Assembly (NCBI GenBank): GCA_963711565.1
Contig: CAVQEQ010000001.1
Location: forward strand, 608,001 to 672,000
Length of the DNA stretch: 64,000 nt
DNA from: an uncultured delta proteobacterium
GTDB taxonomy: Bacteria; Desulfobacterota; Binatia; Binatales; Binataceae
Direction: 5' to 3'
Below the pieces are notes generated by a model. It was not told where the DNA came from. It ran no database searches and was given only the letters and a program-made list of their open reading frames with translations. Positions 48,663 to 57,515 of this stretch are shown here, one piece after another. How positions within the stretch are numbered: position 1 is the first letter of the stretch; every line of letters begins with the position of its first letter. A program made the position numbers and the translations under genes.

Positions 48663-51392
48663 TCACGCGCCCTTTTTATCGGTGATCTCGAAAATGCGCC
48701 GATAGATGCGATCGGGTGTCAGCGACGAGTCGTGGAAGCGGACGCCGGTGGCGTTGGTCAGCGCGTTGGCAAGCGCAGGCGCGATCGGATAGATCGGCGC
48801 CTCGCTCATCGACTTGGCGCCGAGCGGGCCGAACGCGTCGTGCGTATCGGCGAAGTAGATCTCGGTGCGCTCGAGCAGATCGGCATATGCTGGAATGCGG
48901 TAGTTGCGAAAGGTCGGATTGATCATGCGGCCGCTGTCGTCAAAGACCATCTTTTCCTGCAGCGTCCATCCCACCCCCTGCGAGATTGCGCCTTCGACCT
49001 GTGCTCTGCACTGCATCGGATTGATGATCACGCCGCCATCGCACCCCTGGACGCTCTGCAGGATGACGATTTCTCCCGTGACGCGATTGACTGCGATGCG
49101 AAATGCCTGCACCTGGAAGGTGACGCTGCGCGGAGTGCCGTAAGCCTTGCGCACGGTCTCGAGCTGACGTCCGGCCTTGCGCGACGCCTGGAAAAAATCC
49201 GCCAGCGGAACCCGCGTATCGTTGTAGAAGACGGCGTCGTGCTCGATGCGGCAGGCGTCGCGGCCGGCGGCATAATTCTTCGAGGCGAAGGTCAGCATCC
49301 GGTCCCGCAGCGCTTCGGCCGCCAGCCGCACTGCGTTGCCGGCGACGACCGTGCCCGCACTGGCGAACGCTCCCGTGTCGTAGCCCGTTTTATCGGTGTC
49401 GGACTGGACCACCCGCACGCGCGAGGCGGTGCTGTTGAGTACGCTCGACACGATTTGCCGATGAACCGTCGTGGTCCCGTTGCCGAATTCGGCCGTGCCT
49501 ATAGCCAGGTGATAGTTGCCGTCTTCGCCGAGGCCGAGCCGCGCCTCGGAACGATGCTCCGTCGGCGGCACCGAGCCATGCATCGAAATCGCCATGCCCT
49601 GGCCCTCGAGCCAGTCAGCGCCCGGCGGACGCTTCACATCGTTGCCGCGTTTCATTGCGGCATCCACCAGGTCAATGCACTGGTCGAGGCCGTAGCTGCC
49701 AAACTCGGTGTCGGTGGCGTCGGTGCTCTCGGCAATCATCTGATCGTCCGGTTTGACGACGTTGATGCGGCGAAATTCGTAGGGGTCCAGTTTGAGGCTG
49801 CGCGCCACCTCGTCCATCGCGCACTCGACGGCGAAGATAGTCTGCGTCATGCCGTAGCCGCGGATCGCACCGGCCGGGACCATGTTGGTGTAAACCGTAT
49901 AGCCGTCGACTTTCTTGTTGGCGCATTTGTATACTGCGACGGCTTCGCCGCACGCCGCATACAAAGTTTCGCCGCCGTGATTGCCGTAGGCACCGGTGTT
50001 GGAAACGACGCGCACCTCCATCGCAGTCAGAGTGCCGTCGCGCTTTGCGCCGACTTTCATCCTGACGTTCATCGGATGGCGCGTGGTCGCGGCGATAAAT
50101 TCCTCTTCGCGGGTGAATTCGAGCATCACCGGACGGCCGGTCTTCAAAGTGGCAAATGCGCAGATGTCTTCGGTCAGCACTTCCTGCTTGCCGCCGAAGC
50201 CGCCGCCCACGCGCTCGCAAAAGACGCGAACGCTCTCGGGCATCAGGTCGAAAAGGTAGCAGAGCTTTTGCTTGGTGATGTACGGCGTCTGGCTGCTGGT
50301 GCGGACGTTGAGCCGGCCGTGGTCGAGCCACGTGATCGAGCAATGCGTTTCGAGATGCGCGTGCTGGACGCGATGCGTGGTGTAGGTAGCCTCGTGGATT
50401 GTGTCGGCCGCTTTGAATCCCGCTTCAACGTCGCCGACGTTGCCGTGAATTTCGAGCAGTATATTTTGCCCCGGACGCCGGATGCGCGACTCCGCGCCCT
50501 TATCGTGGATGACGGGCGCGCCCTGGCTCATCGCTTCTTCGGGATCGAAGACCGCGGGCAGCAGCTCATAGTCGATCTCGATCCTGCGGCATCCCTCTTC
50601 CGCCGCGCCTTCCGTTTCGGCTACGACGGCGGCGACTCGTTGCCCGACAAACCGAACCACGTTGTCGAGCAGGTACGTGTCGTTGGGATCGACGTGGTAG
50701 TCGTCGTGAGTGGCGGAGGTATAGAGCAGCCGGGGGACGTCTTCCCAGGTGTAGATCGCGCGTACGCCGGGCACCGCGAGCGCGGCGTCCTTGCGGATTG
50801 CCTTCACGCGCGCGTGGGCGTGCGGCGATCTGAGCAGTTTCAGATGCAGCATGCCCTCCATCGCGGTGTCGAGGGTATAGCGGACCTTGCCGGTGACGAT
50901 CCCCTCTGCGGCCGGTGCCAGTAGTCCCGCGCCACAAGACTTACCGGGCTGGTCCTCCTCGATGGACTTGACGCCGTGGATCGCGTTTTCGATCGAGTGA
51001 TAACCGGTGCATCGACATAGATTGCCCTTGAGGTAGCGCGGCAGGTCTTTGATCTGCTCTTCGCTCAGCGTCGCGGCAGTCATGATCATGCCGGCCGTGC
51101 AGAAACCGCACTGAAAACCCGCGGCCTCCATGAACGCTTTCTGCATCGGATGCAGATCGCCATTCTGCGCCAGGCCTTCGATGGTCGTGACCTTGTGACC
51201 GTCGGCGCGAAAGGCGGGGATGAGACAGCTATGAACGGGGATGTCGTCGAGCCACACCGTGCAAGCGCCACAATCGCCGGCATCGCATCCTTTTTTGACG
51301 CCGAACCATCCCATGTCGCGCAGGAAAGTTCGCAGGCACTGGCCGGGGCGCGGCTCTTCCGAGAATGTTTTGGCGTTGACCAGGAAACTCAC
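48663..51392 (-). CDS. Xanthine-dehydrogenase-family molybdenum hydroxylase, fused 2x[2Fe-2S] and Mo subunit
   Basis: GCDAGDCGAC, QCGFCTAG, GNLCRCTGY, RSPHAHA, GGGFGGK, RGYG, GAKSMSE. Confidence 0.93.
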   Translation of the reverse strand: MSFLVNAKTFSEEPRPGQCLRTFLRDMGWFGVKKGCDAGDCGACTVWLDDIPVHSCLIPAFRADGHKVTTIEGLAQNGDLHPMQKAFMEAAGFQCGFCTAGMIMTAATLSEEQIKDLPRYLKGNLCRCTGYHSIENAIHGVKSIEEDQPGKSCGAGLLAPAAEGIVTGKVRYTLDTAMEGMLHLKLLRSPHAHARVKAIRKDAALAVPGVRAIYTWEDVPRLLYTSATHDDYHVDPNDTYLLDNVVRFVGQRVAAVVAETEGAAEEGCRRIEIDYELLPAVFDPEEAMSQGAPVIHDKGAESRIRRPGQNILLEIHGNVGDVEAGFKAADTIHEATYTTHRVQHAHLETHCSITWLDHGRLNVRTSSQTPYITKQKLCYLFDLMPESVRVFCERVGGGFGGKQEVLTEDICAFATLKTGRPVMLEFTREEEFIAATTRHPMNVRMKVGAKRDGTLTAMEVRVVSNTGAYGNHGGETLYAACGEAVAVYKCANKKVDGYTVYTNMVPAGAIRGYGMTQTIFAVECAMDEVARSLKLDPYEFRRINVVKPDDQMIAESTDATDTEFGSYGLDQCIDLVDAAMKRGNDVKRPPGADWLEGQGMAISMHGSVPPTEHRSEARLGLGEDGNYHLAIGTAEFGNGTTTVHRQIVSSVLNSTASRVRVVQSDTDKTGYDTGAFASAGTVVAGNAVRLAAEALRDRMLTFASKNYAAGRDACRIEHDAVFYNDTRVPLADFFQASRKAGRQLETVRKAYGTPRSVTFQVQAFRIAVNRVTGEIVILQSVQGCDGGVIINPMQCRAQVEGAISQGVGWTLQEKMVFDDSGRMINPTFRNYRIPAYADLLERTEIYFADTHDAFGPLGAKSMSEAPIYPIAPALANALTNATGVRFHDSSLTPDRIYRRIFEITDKKGA

Positions 51393-52213
51393 GGCTGCAC
51401 CTTGTTTGAGACTTCGCGCCGGATCTCTTCAGCGAAATAGAAAGTCATGTGCTGGCGATACTCCGGCGTTCCATGAACGTCGTCGAAGAATTTCGGAATT
51501 TCACGCTCGAGGCGGGCGAGCAACTCGTCGGCAGCTGGAAGTTTCGGAAACCTGAGTCGATGCGGCCGCTCGGTCGAGGCGGAAACCGTGAGCATGAAGA
51601 CTCCGTCGTGCGGATCCAGAGTGCCGGCCAGCAGTGCGGCCGATCGCCCGAGGTGAGTCAGCGACATTCGTCGGAAGCAGGTTCGTTTGCGCAGGGCGGA
51701 AGCCGGCAGCTCGATACTTCTGAGCAAATCGCCCGGCTGCAACACGTTCTGATGGTTGCCGGTGACGAAATCCTCGACCGCAACCCGGCGCTCGCCGCCG
51801 TCGCGATTCAGAATCCTGCAGCTGCCCTCGAGCGCGACTGTCAGCGAGATCATCGGACCCGCCGGCAACGACATGCAGACATTTCCGCCGACGGTGGCTG
51901 TATTCCAGATTTTGAACGACGACAGAAAAGCGCGGCAGCATTCGACAATCAGCGGCGCGGCGGCCCAATCCGCCGGTGCGGTCAGCGCGACGAGCTTGGC
52001 AATCTCGCAAGTGGCGGCAATCTCGAGGCCGCGCTCGCTGACCGTCAAAGGTTGCCATCCCAAGCCGTGCAGATCGACCAGGCGGCGCAAATGCAGCTGC
52101 GGTTCGGAGAATAGCCACGTGCCTCCTGCGAGCCACGCGTCGCCGTCGCGCCAATCGATCGGTCCGTCCCCGGGCTTTGGGCGCGCAACTTCCCCGATTG
52201 TATTTAAATCCAC
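51389..52213 (-). CDS. Molybdenum hydroxylase FAD-binding subunit
   Basis: AAGGAG then GTG 52213 (MDLNTI); LAGGTWL, IWNTATVGGN; GTGA overlap with the large subunit. Confidence 0.92.
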   Translation of the reverse strand: MDLNTIGEVARPKPGDGPIDWRDGDAWLAGGTWLFSEPQLHLRRLVDLHGLGWQPLTVSERGLEIAATCEIAKLVALTAPADWAAAPLIVECCRAFLSSFKIWNTATVGGNVCMSLPAGPMISLTVALEGSCRILNRDGGERRVAVEDFVTGNHQNVLQPGDLLRSIELPASALRKRTCFRRMSLTHLGRSAALLAGTLDPHDGVFMLTVSASTERPHRLRFPKLPAADELLARLEREIPKFFDDVHGTPEYRQHMTFYFAEEIRREVSNKVQP

Positions 52214-52220
52214 GCGAACT

Positions 52221-52330
52221 CTCCTTACGACAGTGTCGGGCAGTAACTTCTTGTCAGTTTCGATCCCCAGGAAGTTGACGCCCGGCCCCTCATGCGTCAC
52301 CTCTAAGTACTCCACCCACTCATCGTCGCA
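52221..52330 (-). promoter_or_regulatory. Candidate structured 5' leader abutting the Shine-Dalgarno of the XDH-family operon
   Basis: On the minus strand, outer stem UGCGACGAUG/CACUGUCGUA ends at AGGAG; inner stem CGGGCGUCAACUUC/GAAGUUACUGCCCG. Confidence 0.4.
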
Positions 52331-52453
52331 AGCAAGTTGGCGAGATTTGGCGCGATAGACAAAGCGGAAGATTGAAGCTCAGATTGCGGCGGCAGTTGTG
52401 CCCGAAGGAACATCGAGCGTTGATTGTCAGATCGAAAATGGAGAGCGACCCAC

Positions 52454-53212
52454 ATGAAGCGAGACTTTCTCAATTTCGTCCGTCCGTTTGCGTGCCTCGC
52501 TGCAAGTCAGATGAATAAGCAAGCTGAGCTGCTCGCGTCGCTCATCTTTTGCCTGCTGTTTGGAGTTCCGCATCTCGCTGCCGCGAGCGAGTTAGATTAC
52601 CGATGCTCGGAGCCGCCGTTAGAGGTGGAATTCGCAGAGAAGGACCGCCGTTATAGCGGGGCGGTGAGTTGCGGCAATCTCTTTCTGCAATCGGACATAC
52701 CCACCGCTCCCGTCGTCCGATGGAAGGGAGCCGATGCGACGAAATTCTATACGCTGATGATGCTGGACCTCGATGGGAATGCGAATGGATCCTGGCCGGA
52801 CCCGGTTCCTCCGGGAGAGAATGCTCCGGTGCGGCATTGGATTGCGGGAAACATTCCCGGTGACCTGCTGCGCGGCACGGGCTACGTGGAATCAGCGAGC
52901 GATACGGAAATCAAAACGATTCGTGTCCTGCAACTATATCGCGCTCCTCACATCCCGGTGGTTTCGGATCGATACGGCATTTATTTGTTCGAGCAGACCA
53001 ATAGAATCGACTTCGCGGCGTTGTCCGGACCGATAACGAATTTCGACTACTCGACCTTCGTGGCTACTTATCGGTTGGCAGACCCCAAAGCTTCCAACTT
53101 CTTTGTGGCGATATATACGTCTGAATCACCATTTTCTGGAAAACCTTTCGGGGGCAACGAGGTTGGCGGAATCTGGCATCAGGGTTATGGGAAAGGGCGA
53201 CTTGCTCCATGA
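52454..53212 (+). CDS. PEBP/RKIP-family protein, probably secreted (alternative start 52511)
   Basis: FYTLMMLDLDG, RHWIAGNIPG, YRAP, RYGIYLFEQ match the PEBP layout; hydrophobic leader ending AAA. Confidence 0.75.
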   Translation: MKRDFLNFVRPFACLAASQMNKQAELLASLIFCLLFGVPHLAAASELDYRCSEPPLEVEFAEKDRRYSGAVSCGNLFLQSDIPTAPVVRWKGADATKFYTLMMLDLDGNANGSWPDPVPPGENAPVRHWIAGNIPGDLLRGTGYVESASDTEIKTIRVLQLYRAPHIPVVSDRYGIYLFEQTNRIDFAALSGPITNFDYSTFVATYRLADPKASNFFVAIYTSESPFSGKPFGGNEVGGIWHQGYGKGRLAP

Positions 53213-53294
53213 CCTCCGCAGTGAACTTGACCCAAAAATCAACTGGTTGGAAAATTTAGAGAGGAAATTTCGTTTGCACCACGGAGGTCTTAAC

Positions 53295-53864
53295 ATGCGA
53301 ATCGCGCGTTTATCGGACGTTGTCCGCATCGGATTCGGAGCGCTGGCGGGGGCGAGTTTGGTACTCACCACCAGCGGATGCCTTGCCACCCGCAATTGGG
53401 TCGGCGATCAACTGCGCCCGATCCAGGGCCAGCAATCGCAGCTCGAAACCCAGATGAGCGATCTCCACCTCGAGCGCAAGCTGGTCCTGGATTCGACCGC
53501 CGGGCCGACCTTCAAAACCGGATCGGCTGCCTTGAGCCCGAACGCCAAGCGCGAGATCGATGCATTCCTCGAAGATATGGAGCAACCGACCGAATCCGCG
53601 CCGGCGGCGGCGGCGAATCGCGTCTTCGTGGTCGCCGGTTATACAGACAGCGTCGGCCACGAGGACTACAACTACGAGCTCGGGCAGCGGCGCGCTACCA
53701 GCGTCGCCGGATATCTGGTCGGCAACAAGGGCCTCGACCCGACGCAGGTTCGCGTAGTTTCGTACGGCGCGAGCAAGCCTGTCGCCGACAACAGCTCGCC
53801 GAGCGGTCGGCGTAGCAATCGGCGGGTCGAGATTCTCGTCTACCAGGAGAAGATTGCGAGCTGA
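53295..53864 (+). CDS. OmpA-family peptidoglycan-binding lipoprotein
   Basis: GGAGG then ATG 53295; lipobox-like TSGC; GYTDSVG..YN.ELGQRRA, YGASKP, NRRVEI. Confidence 0.9.
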   Translation: MRIARLSDVVRIGFGALAGASLVLTTSGCLATRNWVGDQLRPIQGQQSQLETQMSDLHLERKLVLDSTAGPTFKTGSAALSPNAKREIDAFLEDMEQPTESAPAAAANRVFVVAGYTDSVGHEDYNYELGQRRATSVAGYLVGNKGLDPTQVRVVSYGASKPVADNSSPSGRRSNRRVEILVYQEKIAS

Positions 53865-54046
53865 TTGGTCTGCAACTTCTGACTGACTGTCTTCGGCCGC
53901 GAATCGCAGTCGGCCTGCCTTGATCGGCCCCGTTCGCCGGGTTGAATCAGCAGCCGAATCTACGGCGACGATTCATGGGCCGCCGCCGAGGCCGTTCTCC
54001 GCGATGTCCCAACCCGAAAGACTGAGGCGTAAGGCCGCGACACGCG

Positions 54047-54799
54047 TCAGGATCGCAGACTAGTCTGAATTCTTACCGAGTCGATGATGAAACGGCGGTG
54101 TTCGCGCTTCACCACGCCTTCAGCAACTAGACTCTTGAGGCACTCGCTCACCTTCGGCCGCGAGGACTCCACCAGGTCCGCGAGGTCCTGACCGCTTAGA
54201 CCCAGATCTACGATCATCGCGTGTTCGTCTCGCCGACCGAACTTGCGGCCGAGGTCGAGCAAGGCGAGCATGATTTTCTCTCGGACGGTTTGACTGAGAA
54301 AGTTTGAATGGCGCTCCAGCAGCGTCCACCATCGGCCGACCGTCAAATTGAGCGCCTCGTTGAACTCGCGGAATGGAATGCCAACGATGCCCTCCACCAG
54401 CGCGGTCGGGCTGATTAACCCGATTTGACAATCCGTGAACGTCTCGCAGGTGAGTTTATGATGAATATCTGGCAATAGTGACGGAATCTCGATCACGTCG
54501 CCGGGTCCCAGCACCTCGAGCAGATTGCGTTTCCCTTTTCGATTCAGGCAGACAAGCCGGGCTATTCCCGAGAGCACGATGTATACGGCGTCGTCTGATT
54601 CGTCCCCCTCTTTATAGATGGTCGAGTGTCTAGAAAATTGCCGAATCCTCATCCTGGCTCGCAAGGCTTCCAATTTGCGTAAGGAAAGGCCCGCCAGCCC
54701 TTGCAGTTTCCCTAAGTCTTGAGCGCTGACTGCGCGAGGTTGAGGAGGCCTGGCCCCCCTTTGCCTGATGGATTTGCCGCGTGACGAGCGTGGTGCCAT
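54047..54799 (-). CDS. Crp/Fnr-family transcriptional regulator
   Basis: IYKEGD, YIVLSG, LGPGD cNMP-like domain; LSGQDLADLVESSRPKVS HTH; start uncertain. Confidence 0.85.
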   Translation of the reverse strand: MAPRSSRGKSIRQRGARPPQPRAVSAQDLGKLQGLAGLSLRKLEALRARMRIRQFSRHSTIYKEGDESDDAVYIVLSGIARLVCLNRKGKRNLLEVLGPGDVIEIPSLLPDIHHKLTCETFTDCQIGLISPTALVEGIVGIPFREFNEALNLTVGRWWTLLERHSNFLSQTVREKIMLALLDLGRKFGRRDEHAMIVDLGLSGQDLADLVESSRPKVSECLKSLVAEGVVKREHRRFIIDSVRIQTSLRS

Positions 54800-55042
54800 G
54801 GGTAGGAAGATTGAAGCGAGCTCGTTGTCCCTTAAGTCTAACTTGCGCCCTCGAATCGCAGCCTTCGAGCACAGTCGCCGGATGTAACGACAATCGGTGC
54901 GAGAAAACAACGGCGGAGTTGTTCCTTTTGTAACAGAATCGGCCTTGAACGTAGCTTTATTTGGCCTAGAACATGCCCCAGATGCAGGCTTGTCCGTTGT
55001 GCGCGCCAACGGTGTATACGCCCGATCCCGTGCGGTGCGATT

Positions 55043-55789
55043 TTGAATGAGAAAAAAACTGTTCGCGAAACTGACCTCGACCGACTAAGCCGACTCAAGG
55101 TTTTGTCGTGGCTTTCTCTCGCTGAGCTTAAACTTCTGGGAAGTGTTCTCTCGCTTTCCAACTACAAACGAAACGCGCTAATTCTGCGCGACGTTGCGCA
55201 AGCCCAGGGTGCGCACATTCTGTTGGCAGGAATTGCGCGGATCACCTGCCGCCGTGCGCGCAACGAGCGGGTCACGGTGGCACTCCTGGCGCCGGGACCG
55301 ATTCCGGAATTTCCGGCGCTCCCGCTCAGTCAGTCTGGTTTTCAATGTGAGGCTTACAACGATTGCCGCGTTGGAACTGTGAGCTGGGCTGATTTCGGCG
55401 GCATTACTCCAAATGCTCCCGAGTCCGCCTTCAAGCAATTTCACAGCAACGATTTGAAGCAATGGTACCGCCTCCTGCTGCGCAGCTCGAGTTTCCTGAA
55501 CCTCGGCCTGCACGAACGAATAGCCATCGCGCTGCTGGAGTTGTGCTCGGACTTTGGCGTCGAGGAATCGCGTGGCACGCTGCTGCGCGTAGCTTTCAGC
55601 CATAAGGACATCGCCAACCTGGTCGGTGCCACGCGGCCAAGAGTTACCGAGCATCTGGCGCGATTGGAGCGCGAGAAGTTCATGATTCGCCAGGGACGAC
55701 AGATGGTTGTGCAGGTCGCCAAGCTGCTCGATTCCATAAATGATCAGGCAGGCGCGGATGTTTTGCGAGGCAATCCGCAACGTCAATAA
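55043..55789 (+). CDS. Crp/Fnr-family transcriptional regulator
   Basis: ILLAGIARI, LLAPG, ERIAIALLEL..DFG, SHKDIANLVGATRPRVT HTH. Confidence 0.85.
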   Translation: MNEKKTVRETDLDRLSRLKVLSWLSLAELKLLGSVLSLSNYKRNALILRDVAQAQGAHILLAGIARITCRRARNERVTVALLAPGPIPEFPALPLSQSGFQCEAYNDCRVGTVSWADFGGITPNAPESAFKQFHSNDLKQWYRLLLRSSSFLNLGLHERIAIALLELCSDFGVEESRGTLLRVAFSHKDIANLVGATRPRVTEHLARLEREKFMIRQGRQMVVQVAKLLDSINDQAGADVLRGNPQRQ

Positions 55790-55858
55790 GGCGAGCGGTT
55801 CGACCAGGGTCAAGTTCTCCGTGCTTCCGAGTTGGAGGACACCCAAAGCAGCGGAGAA

Positions 55859-56017
55859 ATGAAGCCGAAGTGGATTTGCAACCGGTGCGGTTTGGTCGTG
55901 GAGGAGTACACTGATGAGCCGCACCTGCGGAAGGGCATCGAGCCGACCAGGGAGAATTTAGAGAATGCGCACAATCTTTGCTACGGAACGTTCGTACAAC
56001 TGAGAGAGCCGCCGTGA
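55859..56017 (+). CDS. Possible small metal-binding protein (52 aa)
   Basis: MKPKWICNRCG rubredoxin-like knuckle, later His and Cys; GGAG close upstream. Confidence 0.35.
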   Translation: MKPKWICNRCGLVVEEYTDEPHLRKGIEPTRENLENAHNLCYGTFVQLREPP

Positions 56018-56156
56018 TGCAAGCGTTCGGAATCATTCCCCCCGGAACGCGCCGCGTCGCGCACCCTTACTAAATGACGCGTTCTCCGGGTCAGGGCGCG
56101 ATCGTAAATCGCGCAACGTCAGGGCCAGCGCGCGTGATCTCGAAGTGGCTTCATCT

Positions 56157-57000
56157 CTACACTGCTGCGATCGCTACCGCGATTCCGCCCGCCATGATCA
56201 GGAACGAAAGTAGTGTCACCATGGCGATCGTTACCGAAGACACGGCTGGAGCGAGGTGCCCAGAGTGTTCTCCCATCTCACGCTCATGTCCGCTCTGCGA
56301 GTGATGATGCATTGCTGGCATCCCGTGGTCGCTTGTTCCCTCCGCTTCAGCCTGGCCGTACCGTAAGCATTCCGTGCTTCAGCTTGCGGGCCACCAACCA
56401 CCAGTTCATCGGATAGGCGGTGATGAATCCCACCAACAACGCCATGCTCATGATGAACCAGAACGCTGGCGACGCCGGATTGGCGCCGCCCGGTACACGG
56501 GCCTTAAAGACCACCGCGACCGGAATCATTCCCGCCATCAAGCAGTTCATCGATGTGAGCTCAGGGATAAATGCGGCGGCAAGCGCACGACTGTACGAGC
56601 CGCCTACCATATCCCGCATGAAGAGCGCCTGAAAAATCCCCAGCCCAAACGTGAAGCCCAGCAGATACTCCATCGCAACATCAAGCGCAGGCGGCAGCAT
56701 CAGGAATCCACCGATGACCGCGCCGGCCAGAATTCCTATGCCGTCACCCGCGACGCAATGCATCGTGGAGCCGAGCGTTTGCCGCCATTGCGCTGCCACA
56801 TATTGCTCGTGAGTGCCGGCGATCGGCTCACGGCATCCCAACACATAGAGCATGGCGCCGATCGGACCGGTGAAGAGCGTCACAATCACAAATCCCCATT
56901 TCAGCACCGGGGATTCAGGCGTTGAGCGAATATCAATTGCGACGAAGACGACAGAGAGCGCTGTCAGCACGAACCAGGTGAGGATAATACCGCTGAACAT
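56157..57000 (-). CDS. DUF4396 membrane protein; 1-nt insertion near 56350 hides a His-rich tail and final TM helix
   Basis: STMHCVAGDG.G, FQALFM, AYPMNWWL..KHGM; the shifted frame reads EAEGTSDHGMPAMHHHSQSGHEREMGEHSGH..TM helix to TAG at 56157-56159. Confidence 0.85.
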
Positions 57001-57150
57001 CTGGAATTCTCACCACGCATCTTTAGAGCACGGTCGGAGATCATTCAAGATCGATCAGCAAGTGGAACACAGTGAACGACTCATGAATAAGGACGGTAGC
57101 AAAATTCGTCCTGTTCGCCCTCGCTGTTGACGACATCGGCGCGAAGGCCG

Positions 57151-57300
57151 TCACGCGAGCGTCCGCCCCCCGTCCACGATCAGCACCTGCCCCGTCGTGT
57201 AGCTCCCCCGCATCAGGTAGAGATAGGCCTGCGCCACCTCGGCAGGCTCGGCTCCACGTGGAATCAACTGGCGCTCAGTTTGCTGGCGGACAACCTCCGA
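57151..57300 (-). pseudogene. C-terminal remnant of an SDR gene
   Basis: Manual translation RQLIPRGAEPAEVAQAYLYLMRGSYTTGQVLIVDGGG; no SDR-like sequence upstream. Confidence 0.7.
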
Positions 57301-57515
57301 GGACCGGGCCAACCTTTTCGTTGAGTACCAAGCCGGGGCAAACTGCCGAAGGCGGTCGTTAGCGGCGCGCCTTTTCGCGGCCGATGGACCAGGACTCCAT
57401 CGGTGAGGGCGATTTGAGCCGTCGAGGCCCTGAAGGTCAGGTTCTGGGGGCGCTGATAGCTATCTCGGGCGTCGGCGGTAAAAATGAGATACTGGACAGT
57501 ATCGAGTTAGGAGCA

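Noticed and set aside
48732-50924. 730-aa + strand ORF, and similar long antisense ORFs such as 16074..17381, 14349..15557 and 25196..26470
   Set aside because: These are shadow frames opposite well-supported genes, expected in high-GC DNA, and carry no motifs.
56347-56349. TGA read-through or selenocysteine in DUF4396
   Set aside because: The continuation is in a different frame, so an indel explains it.
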